Source of the DNA: an uncultured Planctomycetota bacterium
GTDB taxonomy: Bacteria; Planctomycetota; Planctomycetia; Isosphaerales; Isosphaeraceae
DNA length: 64,000 bases
Direction: 5' to 3'
Assembly: GCA_963823665.1 (NCBI GenBank)
Contig: CAWGMQ010000003.1
Span: forward strand, 544,001-608,000
Part shown: in pieces, positions 27,279 through 38,866 of the stretch
How the letters are laid out: each line of letters starts with the position of its first letter
How positions within the stretch are numbered: position 1 is the first letter of the stretch
The notes under the pieces: model-generated
Told to the model about the DNA's origin: nothing
The model's database searches: none
The model's input: only the letters and a program-made list of their open reading frames with translations
Program-made: the position numbers and the translations under genes

Positions 27279-28616
27279 TCAAGTAGCCGGATGGTGCCGC
27301 GACCCGGCCGGCGATGGGAACCCTGAGTCCGGCATCGGCGAGAAATTACCGCCGATCGACTCGGTGTCGACGCTGCTGATCATTTCTCCGCTTCCCAGCG
27401 CTTCCCCGGCGAAGTTCTGTGCCAGAAACGCTGTGCCCATCCAGTAGTCACCGTAGACGCTCACGCCATTAATCTGGTCGGGGCACGTCCCGTTGGACCA
27501 GGTCCCCCAGGGATTGAGCACGGCGAACGTCGAATTCGAGGCGTTGTAGTTGATGACGGCGTAGGCGTGGCCACCCACGATGTCGGGGCTGTTCGGGGTG
27601 GCATCCGAGGTGAGCACGATCATATCGCCGGCCTTCCACGCGGCGGCCAGGTTGCTCGAGCTGAAACTGTAGTTGCTCGCGGCCTTGCCGGTGATGGCTT
27701 GCAACGCCCACGACGGGTATCCGCTGTTGAGTGCGTCGTAGGAGTCGACGCCCGGCCTTTGGCTGGTCACGTAACCGAGTCCGTTGGCTTCGGCGTAAGC
27801 CTTCTCGGCCAGGGCGAACCACAGGATCTGGCTGCCCGAATAAGGGCTCGATACGCGATCATAATACGTGCCGGCGTTGGGCAGCTCGGTGTCCACCGTG
27901 ACGTATTCGGGGACGTCGTGGCTGTTGAAGAAACGCACCGTGTAAAGTTGCACGGTGGCCCCGTTTTCGACGCTGCTGCCGTAGTAAGTGAACATGTTCT
28001 TGATGTCCTGCGGCGCCCGGGCCGCCACCTCCGCGAGGCTCGCCAGCAGCCAGCAGTCACCCTCAAAGCCTTGTGCCACATCAGTGGCGGAAGGCTGTCC
28101 GCTCGGTCCATAGAGCGTGGCGGAGGCGGGTGCTGGGGAATAGGTTGGAGCCGGAAGATAGGGATCGTTGACCGCCGACGTTGCCGGGTTGTAGAGGGTG
28201 ATGGCGTTCTGTTCGGCCTTTGCCCAGGTTGTGCCGCCCGCACTGGTCGCCGCCACATCAAAGGTGTAAGCGGTGCCAGCAGCCAAGGTGGTGAACGCGC
28301 AACTGGTGGTCGCGCTGTTCATCGTGTAAGTCTTCCACGCGTTGTTGACCCACTCATCGACCAGATAGCCCGTCGCGCCCGGCACGGCGTTCCACTTCAC
28401 GTTGATCTGTGCGGCTGAAGCAGGCGTGAGCGTGAATGCGGGGGCCGCGGGAGGCGCCGTTGCGGGTGCAAGCAATCCCAGCGGTGTCCCCGACCGGACG
28501 TCCCGGGTTTCCAGGCAATCCATACCCAGGCAAACCTGCCGTCGGTGCCTGAAGGACCTGCCGTTTTTCTGCGAAGTCGACAACGCACGCCGCAACGAGG
28601 ACAGAAGACGGTTCAT
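27279..28616 (-). CDS. Secreted calpain-like (peptidase C2) cysteine protease with an FN3 domain
   Basis: Leader MDCLETRDVRS; FN3 (VKWNAVPGATGY...LAAGTAYTFDVAA); triad motifs QGFEGDCWLLASL, GHAYAV and NPWG; also W..LAEKAYA. Confidence 0.9.
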   Translation of the reverse strand: MNRLLSSLRRALSTSQKNGRSFRHRRQVCLGMDCLETRDVRSGTPLGLLAPATAPPAAPAFTLTPASAAQINVKWNAVPGATGYLVDEWVNNAWKTYTMNSATTSCAFTTLAAGTAYTFDVAATSAGGTTWAKAEQNAITLYNPATSAVNDPYLPAPTYSPAPASATLYGPSGQPSATDVAQGFEGDCWLLASLAEVAARAPQDIKNMFTYYGSSVENGATVQLYTVRFFNSHDVPEYVTVDTELPNAGTYYDRVSSPYSGSQILWFALAEKAYAEANGLGYVTSQRPGVDSYDALNSGYPSWALQAITGKAASNYSFSSSNLAAAWKAGDMIVLTSDATPNSPDIVGGHAYAVINYNASNSTFAVLNPWGTWSNGTCPDQINGVSVYGDYWMGTAFLAQNFAGEALGSGEMISSVDTESIGGNFSPMPDSGFPSPAGSRHHPAT

Positions 28617-28921
28617 TGCAAAACTCCCGGTAGCTAGGATCGTTGTTCTCGCATAACCATCTCGCCCCGGCCTCAATCAATCTCAAGGGCGAACGGCACG
28701 ATACACATTGATCGCAACCGGGACGGCAACCGGACGCGCTTTTCCGATGGAAAGCAAACCGAGCGGAAACGGCGCGGCGTCAAAACTGGCCAGCGGCGAT
28801 TCTTACAGAGACAACACCACAGCCGCGGGCGGCTACGCGCCCCACTTCTCCGTCCCGAACCGGAATGAGACAATGCTGCGGCATCGCAGTAACGAAACGA
28901 TCGGCCGGTGATCGGGATCGA

Positions 28922-31900
28922 ATGATGAATGAATCGAAGAGCGTCCGCGCAACCGACGGCTCGCCGCTGGTGAGCGATTCAAGCGGCGCGTCGGATGAGA
29001 GGGCAACGATATCTCGAACCGGAGAACTGCGACCGCCCGCTCAGGATACGAATGTTTCACCGGAAGGCGAACCCTCCAAAATCGGGCGCTACCGGGTCGT
29101 CCAGCGGCTGGGCGAGGGCGGCTTCGGAAGGGTTTATCTCGCGCACGACGACGAGCTCGATCGTCCGCTGGCCATCAAGCTGCCGCACCCTGAGCGCGTC
29201 GCTCAGCCCAAGGATCTGGAAGCGTTTCTCAACGAAGCCCGCATTCTTGCGAAGCTCGACCATCCCAACATCGTGCCCGTACACGACGTTGGCCGCACGG
29301 AGGATGGTGTCTGCTACATCGTCTCGAAGCTCGTCGAAGGCAGCGACCTCGCGGTCAGGATGCGACCGGCCCGGCTTCCCTTCCGGGATTCCGCACAACT
29401 GGTTGCCACCGTCGCCGACGCTCTGCACTACGCCCACACGCGAGGACTGGTTCACCGGGACATCAAGCCCGCCAACATCCTGATCGACGCAGCAGGCAAA
29501 CCCTGCGTCGCGGATTTCGGTCTCCGCCCTCAGAGACGAGGACTTCGGCAAGGGGGGAGGAGTGGCTGGCACGCCTGCCTACATGAGTCCCGAACAAGCT
29601 CGCGGCGAAGGTCACCGGGTCGATGGGCGATCCGACATCTTCAGCCTGGGCGGCGTGCTCTATGAGTTGTTGACCGGGAGAAGACCATTTCGGGGAGATT
29701 CTCTGCGGGAGGTGATGGAATCGATCAAGACTACCGAGCCTCGTCCACCGCGCCAGATCGACGACACGATCCCCAAGGAACTGGAGCGGATTTGCCTGCA
29801 AGCGCTCTCCAAGCGGGCTCGCGATCGGTACACGACTGCCAGGGATATGGCTGAAGACCTTCGTGCATTCCTCCAGAATCCAGGAAGTGCGGTGACGCCT
29901 GCCGCGGCCGCTGTTTCCGCGAGCCCGCAACCCGGGGCGCCACTGGAATCCGCTCCTGCCACGCCGACTACCGGCAAATACGCGTCGGGCTCCAGGCCCG
30001 TCAAGATCGTCCCCAAGGGGCTGCGATCCTTCGATGAGCATGACGCCGACTTCTTCCTGGAATTGCTGCCCGGCCCGTTCGACCGGGACGGATTGCCTGA
30101 CAGCATCCAATTCTGGAAGCGGAAAATCGAGCAGATCGATCCGGATCTGACATTCAAGGTCGGGCTGATCTACGGTCCCTCGGGTTGCGGTAAGTCATCG
30201 CTCGTTAAGGCCGGCATCCTGCCCCGGCTGGGCCCTCATGTTCTTCCCGTTTACATCGAGGCAACTCTGGATGAGACAGAGGCGCGATTGCTCAAAGGAC
30301 TGCGCAAGACCTGCCCGGAACTGGCTCGAGGATTGGGGCTCGTCGACTCGCTGGCGACGTTGCGAAGAGGACGGATCTTGCCCCCCGGCGCAAGGTTCTG
30401 CTGGTGCTCGACCAGTTTGAACAATGGCTGTTTGCCAGGCGAGGTGAAAAGGACACGGACCTGGTCGCCGCGCTGCGTCACTGCGATGGCGAACATCTCC
30501 AGGCGCTCGTGATGGTGCGGGATGATTTCTGGATGGCGGCAACCCGGTTCATGAGCGACCTGGAGATCCGCCTCCTTGAAAGGGAGAACTCGGCGGCCGT
30601 CGATCTCTTCGATCTCGATCACGCCCTCAAGGTCCTGGTGGCATGTGGTCGCGCATTCGGCAGACTCCCCGAGAATTCATCGGATCGCTCGAGCGACCAG
30701 ATCGCCTTCCTCGAGGAATCCGTGAACGGACTGGCCGAAGAGGGCAAGGTGATTTCTGTCCGCCTGGCGTTGTTCGCCGAGATGATGAAGAGCAAGGCCT
30801 GGATACGGTCCACACTCGAGGACGTGGGCGGCACCAAGGGTGTCGGTGTCACATTTCTGGAAGAGACCTTCGGCGCATCGACTGCCCCGCCCGAGCACCG
30901 CCTTCACCAGAAGGCGGCCCAGGCCGTGCTGAAAGCACTGCTTCCCGAGACCGGCACCGACATCAAGGGCCAGATGATATCACGTCAAGACCTGCTCGAG
31001 GCATCGGGCTACGCGAAGCGGCCCACAGAGTTCGATGATGTGATTCGCATACTCGACTCCGAGCTTCGACTGATCACTCCCACCGACCCGGACGGTTTCT
31101 CGGGCGACAACCCGGCGACCTTGATGAGCGGGCAATACTACCAGCTCGCACATGACTACCTGGTTCACCCGCTCCGAGACTGGCTGACCCGAAAGCAACG
31201 GCAGACTCGCCGGGGGCGTGCCCAGATTCTGCTGGCCACCGCCGCGCAATCGTGGGGTGTGAATCCGCGAAGACAGAGCCTGCCAAGCTTCACTGAATGG
31301 CTGCGCATCCTGGCACTCACGAGGCGAGACAAGTGGACGCCGCTCGAGCGCCGCATGGTGAAAGCCGCCGCGCGAAGTCATCGAGCAAGGTTAGTGTTCG
31401 TGCTTTTCATACTGGCACTTTCGTGCGCTGTGCCGTTCTTCGGCGCCCAGTACATCAGGGCGGTCTTGCTGGAACATCAGTACAGCATAGAACTTGGAGA
31501 TCCCGTGACGGAGATCGACGAGATGAATTATCTACGCTTCTGGATTGACCCCATGCTTCAGTCCAGGCTCGCCGATGCGAAGAAGGACAACGACGCGGAT
31601 CGGATCGGACGGTATGCCGCGGCACTCGTTCCCACCCATCCCGAGGTGCGGAATGACCTGTACCCGCTTGCTTTTCCAGCGAGGCATTATTCTGGCGCGT
31701 ACCATGACTTCAAAAGCCGCAAAAAAATCACTTTCATACATACAATTCTAAAAAAATATGATCCTGACTATGCGACCTGGCTTTGGGAAATTGCGGCGGA
31801 CAGGGGCCAGGACATGTCGCATCGGTACTTTGCAGCCGCGACGCTGGAAGACATCGATCCTGCCAGTGCACGATGGCCTGCAGTCGCCTTGAACATCATC

Positions 31901-32293
31901 ACGGACCATGATTTTTCAGTGAATCCATCTCTTTCTTTCAGTAAGGTGGGAGGGTCTCTCAAGAACCCCGATCTGCAAACGCACTTCAGGAAACCCTTGC
32001 TCGCGAAGATTGACCAAGGCCGTGAATCGGGCTGCCCGGGTCAGTTGCTCAGCGATCTTTTCCCGCCCAGGGAGGCATTGGCACTGGTCGCCGATGGCTA
32101 TCTGAATGGACATTTCTCGCTGGATTCACTCAAACAGAACCGGGACTGGTTCGGTCGCATACGATGGGAGTTAGACCCCCGCGACCTGACGGGGTTGATG
32201 CAGCGACAGTCAGAGGATCCCGAAAAGGAACGAAGACGACAACTCGCGATCAGTTGGTTGAAAGAGGCTCGTTTTTTGATGCGTGACAATTAG
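28922..32293 (+). CDS. Ser/Thr kinase fused to an nSTAND1-type NTPase and helical C-terminus; frameshifts near 29525 and 30390
   Basis: [42 protein letters not shown], Walker [10 protein letters not shown], Walker [13 protein letters not shown] and YQLAHDYL. Three ORFs join by removing one C and adding one G. Confidence 0.9.
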
Positions 32294-32356
32294 TGCACAC
32301 ACATCGCCCGCCTTCACTCTGGCGAAGGTTCCGAGCATCCCCAAGAGGTCCCGCCA

Positions 32357-33394
32357 ATGGCCGTTCGACTGATCGACTTGCACTGCAACTGGATGCGCCA
32401 GTATGCGCCTGAGTTGACCACGTTCGGTCCCACGGCGGAGCGCTTGAGTGCCGAGCGGCTGAAGCAGCTTGACGGCTACATGACGGCGACGGCCGCGGCC
32501 GTGCTGGGGTGTGGTTCGTCGCCTGGCGAATGGGAGTGCCATCCAGACCCCTGGCGCTCAATTGGCGATTTGATCGCCCGGTACGAGGCCGAGTTTTGCG
32601 GCCGCCTCCTCATCGGCCCGACGGACTTGAACCGATGGCACTCGGAGCCGGCCGATGGGCTGACCTGGGGCATTCTCGGCGTCTCAGGCCTCGACAACCT
32701 CGTCCGCGACGCGGCAGACTTGTCGCAGCTTCCCAGCCTTTTCAAGCGGGGATTACGCGTCATTCAGCTCGTCGAGACCGCGAACAACCACCTCGCGGGC
32801 TCGGCCGAACTTGGCGACGACCGCGGGCTGACCGAGCTGGGACGAGCCTGCGTTTCTTTCATTGCGGAGCTTGCGCTCGATGACCGTCGCGAAGGCGTTC
32901 CAATCCTCGATCTGGCTCATTTGAACCCACGATCGATTGCGGACGTGATCGAGCTGGTCGAAGACGCGGTGCGGAATCGCCGGCTGTGCCTCATGTACAG
33001 CCACGGTGCCCTGACACACCCGGGATTCGACGGACCGCGAGCGATCGACGTTCCGAGTTTGACTCGACTAAGGGCCCTGGGCGGGCTGATCGGATTGACG
33101 CCCGGCATGCCCTTTTATCAGAGCGGGGAAGAGTTCAAGGCGGCCATCGAGCAGGTCGCGACGATACCCTTTGAGGGCCGGGTGGGGTATGAAGGAATTG
33201 CAATCGCATGCGATTTTCTGGAGCTGGACGGCACGCTTCCGGACCTTGGCGACGCATCGGCGATCCTCGGGTGGGTGACGCAGAACTTCGATCAAGCTGC
33301 CGCAGGACTCATGATCGAGGGGAACGCGCGGGCGTTCCTCGCCAAGGCGGCGGGCGACGAGTATCCTCACGCAGAGGCGGTAAGTACTCCGTGA
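32357..33394 (+). CDS. Membrane dipeptidase (peptidase M19)-like protein
   Basis: LIDLHCN, GLRVIQL...N.LAGS...GLTELGR, ILDLAHLN, MYSHG, GGLIGL, IACDF and GNARAFL. Confidence 0.8.
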   Translation: MAVRLIDLHCNWMRQYAPELTTFGPTAERLSAERLKQLDGYMTATAAAVLGCGSSPGEWECHPDPWRSIGDLIARYEAEFCGRLLIGPTDLNRWHSEPADGLTWGILGVSGLDNLVRDAADLSQLPSLFKRGLRVIQLVETANNHLAGSAELGDDRGLTELGRACVSFIAELALDDRREGVPILDLAHLNPRSIADVIELVEDAVRNRRLCLMYSHGALTHPGFDGPRAIDVPSLTRLRALGGLIGLTPGMPFYQSGEEFKAAIEQVATIPFEGRVGYEGIAIACDFLELDGTLPDLGDASAILGWVTQNFDQAAAGLMIEGNARAFLAKAAGDEYPHAEAVSTP

Positions 33395-33421
33395 TTCCAT
33401 GAGCAGAGGCGCGGTTCACCG

Positions 33422-34766
33422 ATGTTACATCGCAATGGGATCAATTGGGTCCTGGCCCTGGCGCTGGCAACCATGCCTGCAACGGTAACCGCCCAAGCCC
33501 TACCCTGGGAGTTAATCATCGAGACTGGGGATAAGGCGCTCGACGCCGGAAACTACGCCGAGGCCGAGAGGATGTACAGAGAGGCGATCGAGACGACGAA
33601 GCGATTTGAGGGGCAGGACAGCCGGCTCGCGTACAGCTACTCCAAGTTGGCTTGGGTCTCGATGTGGCGAGGCAAGTATGCCCAGGCGGAACCGCTGCTC
33701 AGGCAAGCGCTGGCGATTTACGAGAAAGAACTCGACGGCGAGCATGTCAACCAAGCGCAATGCCGTCAGATGCTGGCCGATCTCAAGCGTGTCGAGGGGA
33801 AGTACGCCGAGGCCGAGGCATTCGCGAAGCGGGCGCTGGCAATATACCAAAAGGCCCGGCCCCCCGATCACCTCGATATAGCAACCAGCTTGGGCAGCCT
33901 CGGTCTCATCGATTGCGCAAGGAAAATATGTCGAGGCGGAATCGCTCTTGAAGCGGGCACTGGCGATCTGCGAGAGAGCGTTCCCCCGCAACAACTCTTC
34001 GCGTTTGGCTTGGTGCCTCCTCGGTCTAACCGACGTTTACCAGGGGCTGGGTCGATACACGGAGGCCGAGTCGTGCGCAAAGCGGGCGCTCAAAATCGAC
34101 GAGCAGGTTCTGGGACCAGAGCACACCGACGTGGCCGTCGGCCTGAACTGCCTAGTGACACTTTATCGCCTCCAGGGCCGATTCGGCGACGCGGAACCGC
34201 TGGCGAGGCGATCGGTTCTCATCCGAGAGAAGGCACTAGGACCAGAGCACCCCGATACGGCTCGCAGCCTCGAGTGCTTGGCAGACATTTACTATTGCCA
34301 AGGCCAATACGCGCAGGCTGAGCCACTGTTCAAGCGGTCGCTCGCCATCAATGAGAAGGGCTTGGGGCGGGAACACCCTAACGTGGCAGCGAGTCTCATC
34401 GGGCTGGGGAATGTCTTCAGCGAGCAAGAGAAGCTCGCGGAGGCTGAGAGGGCATTTGAACGGTCGCGCGCGATCAGAGCAAAATCCCTGGGTGCCGAGC
34501 ATCCTAAAGTCGCATCGAGCCTGTTCGGATTGGCGAACGTCAACGCCAAGCAGCGCAAATTCGCGGAGGCCGAGCGACTGTACAAATTGGCCTTGGCGAT
34601 CTACGAGAAGAATCACCTCGCCGACCACCCCGACGTGGCTGCAACGCTCGATGCCTATGCCGGTCTTTTGAACGCCACGGGCCGTGCGACAGACGCGCAG
34701 AACTTGTCGGCACGGGCCAGCGCCATTCGTGTCCGCCTTGGCCGACAAAGGAATTCCACACAGTAA
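33422..34766 (+). CDS. Exported tetratricopeptide-repeat protein (42-aa kinesin-light-chain-like repeats); frameshift near 33917
   Basis: Signal peptide and repeated G.Y..AEPL..R.LAI.EK.LG.EHP.VA.SL units across both ORFs. Confidence 0.9.
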
Positions 34767-34904
34767 CGTCGCCGCAGCGGTCCGACACGGACATCGTGAC
34801 GATTCCTGACGTGGGTCAGCGGCGCGTCCGCGCTGCACTGACAGATTCGGTCACGGGCGCGGCGGCACTAATTCCGGTCCACGGCACCCGCACCGGAGGA
34901 CGAA

Positions 34905-35041
34905 CCTGCCGAATTGGCAGGCGATGGGCGACCACAGACCGCGATCGGCAGGCTTGCAAACGGATCGGCCGAAGCCCGATGCCGTAACCTTTTGTCGCCA
35001 TGTCACTTGCGATTCCGAAATCGCAAGGCACGTGCGTTGCA
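34905..35041 (+). promoter_or_regulatory. Putative sigma54 (-24/-12) promoter of groESL with upstream palindromes
   Basis: aGGCACgtgcgTTGCA at 35026-35041 fits TGGCAC-N5-TTGCW. Palindromes at 35007-35026 (TTGCGATT-ccga-AATCGCAA) and 34905-34921 (CCTGCC-gaatt-GGCAGG). Confidence 0.6.
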
Positions 35042-35153
35042 TACGGAGGAGGCCGACGAGTGGGTCTGTTCGGCGCGCGGGTGCCGGGTTGCGGTGCAGT
35101 CCGGGCGGGGCGCGATGGTACCAGGGTTGAGCGAGACGAAGGAGACGCGGGCG

Positions 35154-35444
35154 ATGCAACTGAAGCCGCTGGGCGACCGGGTGGTTGTGGAGCGTGAGGA
35201 AGCCAAAGAGACGACGGCAGGCGGGATCGTCTTGCCGGACACCGCCAAGGACAAGCCGCAGAAGGGCAAGGTGCTGGCGGTCGGCGACGGGCGCATCACC
35301 AAGGACGGCAAACGGCGCGAGCTGCAGGTGAAGGTGGGCGAGCACGTGCTCTTCACCTCGTATGCCGGCGAAGAATTCAAGATCGAAAATGACAAGAAGG
35401 TGCTCCTGATGCGCGAGGAAGACATTCTGGCCGTCGTCGGCTAA
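35154..35444 (+). CDS. groES: Co-chaperonin GroES
   Basis: MQLKPLGDRVVV...TAGGIVLPDTAKDKPQKGKVLAVGDG...MREEDILAVV; AAGGAG RBS. Confidence 0.98.
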   Translation: MQLKPLGDRVVVEREEAKETTAGGIVLPDTAKDKPQKGKVLAVGDGRITKDGKRRELQVKVGEHVLFTSYAGEEFKIENDKKVLLMREEDILAVVG

Positions 35445-35485
35445 AGCGCCTGCCTCGGAGGAGTTGCACACGCGTGCGCCGGGGT

Positions 35486-35516
35486 CCTCACCCCGGCCCT
35501 CTCCCGGGGAGAGGGA
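35486..35516 (+). repeat. REP-like palindrome of the CCTCACCCCGGCCCTCTCCC...GGGAGAGGG type
   Basis: Stem ccctctccc (35497-35505) / gggagaggg (35507-35515) preceded by cctcaccccgg, in the groES-groEL spacer. Confidence 0.75.
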
Positions 35517-35643
35517 GAAATCAATCGGCGTGTCGGATTCGTGAGTGAGTTTCCTGGCGCGCTTTTCGTGGAATCCGGTCGGGGCGGGAAGATAAACACG
35601 CATACTCGGAATCTGATCCCTTTCTTTTGGGAGTGAACATCGT

Positions 35644-37278
35644 ATGGCAGCGAAAATGATTGCGTTTGATCAGGAAGCCCGGCAGGCCATGCAGCGCGGG
35701 ATCGCGAAGCTGGCACGGGCGGTGAAGGTGACGCTGGGACCGCGGGGCCGGAACGTCATCATCCAGAAGTCGTTCGGATCACCGACGGTGACCAAGGACG
35801 GCGTGACCGTCGCCAAGGAAATCGAGCTGGAAGACAAGTACGAGGACATGGGCGCCAAGATGGTGAAGGAGGTTGCGAGCAAGACCTCCGACATCGCCGG
35901 CGACGGTACCACCACGGCGACCGTCCTGGCCGAGGCCATCTACAATGAGGGGCTCAAGGCGGTGGTGGCGGGCGTCAACCCCATGCTGATGAAGCGAGGG
36001 ATGGACAAGGCCGTCGCCGACATCGTCGAGCAGCTCCACAAGATGAGCACCAAGGTCACGACCAAGACCGAGACCGAGCAGGTAGCGACCGTCGCGTCCA
36101 ACTTCGATTCCGAGATCGGCAAGATGATCGCCGAAGCGACCGAGAAGGTCGGCAAGGACGGGGTCATCACGGTCGAGGAAGGCAAGACGCTCAAGACCGA
36201 GGTCGAGTGGGTCGAGGGCATGCAGTTTGACCGGGGATACCTGAGCCCCTACTTCGTGACCAACCCCACGACGATGGAAGCCGTGCTCGAAGATTGCTAC
36301 ATCTTGATCCACGAGAAGAAGATCTCGGTGGTCAAGGACCTGGTGCCGGTTCTGGAGCGCGTGGCCCAGACCGGGAAGCCGCTCTTGATCATCGCCGAGG
36401 AGGTCGAGGGCGAGGCACTGGCCACTCTGGTCATCAACAAGCTGCGGGGGACGTTCCGTTGCGCGGCCGTCAAGGCGCCCGGATACGGCGACCGCCGCAA
36501 GGCCATGCTCGAGGACATCGCCGTGCTGGCCGGCGGCAAGCCGATCTTCGAGGCGCTGGGCATCGAGCTGGAAAACGTCGGCCTCAATGACCTGGGCCGG
36601 GCCAAGAAAGTCGTGATCGACAAGGACAACACGACGGTCATCGAGGGCGCCGGCAGCCACGACGCCATCAAGGGCCGGATCGAGGCCATTCGCCGAGAGA
36701 TCGCCGATACCAAGAGCGACTACGACCGCGAGAAGCTGGAAGAGCGGCTTGCCAAGCTTTCCGGCGGCGTGGCCAAGATCAACGTCGGCGCGGCAACCGA
36801 AAGCGAGATGAAGGAGAAGAAGGCTCGCGTGGAAGACGCTCTGCACGCCACACGCGCCGCGCTCGAGGAGGGAATTCTCCCCGGCGGTGGCGTGGCGCTC
36901 TTGCGGGCGTCGCACACGGTCAAGACCAAGGGCCTTGCACACGATGAAGAGATCGGCTTCAACATCATCGTCCGTGCCTGTGCCGCGCCCCTCGACCAGA
37001 TCGCCGAGAACGCGGGCCAGGATGGCGGAGTCGTCGTTTCCAAGGTCATCGAGGGCAAGGGCAACTTCGGCTACGATGCCCTCAAGAACGAGTACACCGA
37101 CCTGGTCAAAGCCGGCATCATCGACCCGACCAAGGTCGCCCGCTACGCCCTGCAGAACGCAGCCAGCGTGAGCACGCTGCTTCTGACCTCCGATGCCCTG
37201 ATCGCCGACGCCCCCAAGGACGACGAGAAGAAGTCCGGCGGCGGTGGCGGACACGGCGGATATGACGATATGTATTGA
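35644..37278 (+). CDS. groEL: Chaperonin GroEL
   Basis: 544 aa; [51 protein letters not shown] and [15 protein letters not shown]. Confidence 0.99.
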   Translation: MAAKMIAFDQEARQAMQRGIAKLARAVKVTLGPRGRNVIIQKSFGSPTVTKDGVTVAKEIELEDKYEDMGAKMVKEVASKTSDIAGDGTTTATVLAEAIYNEGLKAVVAGVNPMLMKRGMDKAVADIVEQLHKMSTKVTTKTETEQVATVASNFDSEIGKMIAEATEKVGKDGVITVEEGKTLKTEVEWVEGMQFDRGYLSPYFVTNPTTMEAVLEDCYILIHEKKISVVKDLVPVLERVAQTGKPLLIIAEEVEGEALATLVINKLRGTFRCAAVKAPGYGDRRKAMLEDIAVLAGGKPIFEALGIELENVGLNDLGRAKKVVIDKDNTTVIEGAGSHDAIKGRIEAIRREIADTKSDYDREKLEERLAKLSGGVAKINVGAATESEMKEKKARVEDALHATRAALEEGILPGGGVALLRASHTVKTKGLAHDEEIGFNIIVRACAAPLDQIAENAGQDGGVVVSKVIEGKGNFGYDALKNEYTDLVKAGIIDPTKVARYALQNAASVSTLLLTSDALIADAPKDDEKKSGGGGGHGGYDDMY

Positions 37279-37314
37279 GTTTTCCGGAGAGAAGGGGTGC
37301 CGATTCGCTTGAAG

Positions 37315-37354
37315 GAAGGGGTGCCGAGGGATCTCGGCACCCCTTCTTTTTTTT
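37315..37354 (+). terminator. Rho-independent terminator after groEL
   Basis: 14-bp stem gaaggggtgccgag / ctcggcaccccttc with a 4-nt loop, followed by T8. Confidence 0.92.
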
Positions 37355-37552
37355 GCGTTCTTGACCGCGGACGGTCGATTTCCTGTCGAACCGCGCCGCG
37401 CGGTCGAATGGGCGAAGTGATTGGCTGGGACTTGCATCAACGTCGATGGAGCCGCAGTGACGTGCGTGGTCACCCTCTGAATCGCGCACGGCGCGGGATG
37501 AGAATTTAAGTGCGGAGTCGGTGTGAAACGGCCCCGATCCGCGGTTGAGCCC

Positions 37553-37609
37553 TTGACAAGCACGCACAAGCCTCATTAGAGTCTTCTCTTATTGAGATTG
37601 AATCTCAGT
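37553..37609 (+). promoter_or_regulatory. Sigma70-type promoter with a downstream 7-1-7 palindrome (Fur-family-like operator)
   Basis: TTGACA (37553-37558)-N18-TAGAGT (37577-37582), then TGAGATT-G-AATCTCA (37593-37607), in an AT-rich patch upstream of the first DUF1559 gene. Confidence 0.6.
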
Positions 37610-37813
37610 ACCAATTGATTCCAGTCTTAGCCGACTCTGGTCCGGTCGAGCGGAGATTTTTGTGATCAAAGGGACCCTGGCATGTGCGAGTCGGCGTACG
37701 GCGTAGGATCGGCCAGATTATACGGAACGAACGACTTAACCATTTGTCTGATAAAGGATTCGGACACGTCACCGCGACCCGGTCTAATTGGATCCAGTCG
37801 CGGTTCTGCCGCG

Positions 37814-38866
37814 ATGCGACGCGGCTTCACGCTGATCGAGCTGCTGGTGGTCATCGCGATCATCGCGGTGTTGATCGCGTTGCTCTTACCTGCGGTGCAG
37901 GCCGCGCGCGAAGCGGCGAGGAGGGTTCAATGCATCAACAACCTCAAGCAGCTTGGCCTGGGGATGCAAAACTACGAGAGCTCGAATGGGGTGCTTCCGC
38001 CCCAGATGGTTCTGACGTTCAGCGGCTCCGGTGCGGTGGCGTGGAAGTCTAGCTGGGGGGCGTCGTCGCGAATCACGCCGTTCCTCGAGCTGGGGGGCGT
38101 CTACAACGCGCTGAACTTCACCAACAAGACAACCGACCCGTCGAATGCGACGGCCGTCGCGACCCAGGTGCGCGTGTTTTCGTGCCCCAGCGAGCCGAAT
38201 GCGCAACCGTTCATGATCACGAACAGCGCGGGGGTGATCTCGACGTTCGGCGTCTCGAATTACGGCTGGTGTGCGGGTACGTGGTACACGTTCGGAGGAT
38301 GGGGCAGTAGCGTCGCGACATCGGGTGCAATCGGCACCAACCTGCGCCGCACGTTTGCGTCATTCACCGATGGCTTGAGCAACACGCTGCTGGGTTCCGA
38401 GGTCAAGACTTATACGCCGGCCTACCATGACTGCGGCGGCGTGCCGCCGCCGGGGCCAACAGGGGCTTCGTCGTACCCCGACGTTGCGACGGTGCTCGCG
38501 AGCGTGGCTGCGGCCCCCGCGTCGGGATGCAAGGCGGCGACGGCTGGTGCGGGCATGCCGGGCGGCGGTCACACACACTGGTGCAACGGCAACTCGTTCT
38601 ACGATGGTTTCACCACGGCCTTGCCGCCGAATACCAAGTCGCCGGCGGGGCCCCTGGGGCTCGACAGCGACATGAGCTCAGAGGACGAGGATGACGGCGG
38701 ACCAACCTACGCCGCGGTGACGTCGCGGAGCTACCATCCCGGCATCGTCAACGCGGTCTTCGGCGACGGCAGCGTGCACACGATCAAGAATTCCGTCAAC
38801 TTTCAGACGTGGCGGGCTCTGGGAACGGTCGGCGGGGGCGAGGTGATCTCCGCCGACGCGTACTGA
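37814..38866 (+). CDS. DUF1559 prepilin-type N-terminal cleavage/methylation protein (H-X9-DG)
   Basis: [82 protein letters not shown]. Confidence 0.95.
   Translation: MRRGFTLIELLVVIAIIAVLIALLLPAVQAAREAARRVQCINNLKQLGLGMQNYESSNGVLPPQMVLTFSGSGAVAWKSSWGASSRITPFLELGGVYNALNFTNKTTDPSNATAVATQVRVFSCPSEPNAQPFMITNSAGVISTFGVSNYGWCAGTWYTFGGWGSSVATSGAIGTNLRRTFASFTDGLSNTLLGSEVKTYTPAYHDCGGVPPPGPTGASSYPDVATVLASVAAAPASGCKAATAGAGMPGGGHTHWCNGNSFYDGFTTALPPNTKSPAGPLGLDSDMSSEDEDDGGPTYAAVTSRSYHPGIVNAVFGDGSVHTIKNSVNFQTWRALGTVGGGEVISADAY

Noticed and set aside
34770..35153. CIRCE operator upstream of groES
   Set aside because: No TTAGCACTC-N9-GAGTGCTAA match; ggcacta at ~34864 has no complementary arm.
35779..37569. 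596-aa minus-strand ORF
   Set aside because: Antisense shadow of groEL caused by GC-rich codon bias; no recognisable motifs.
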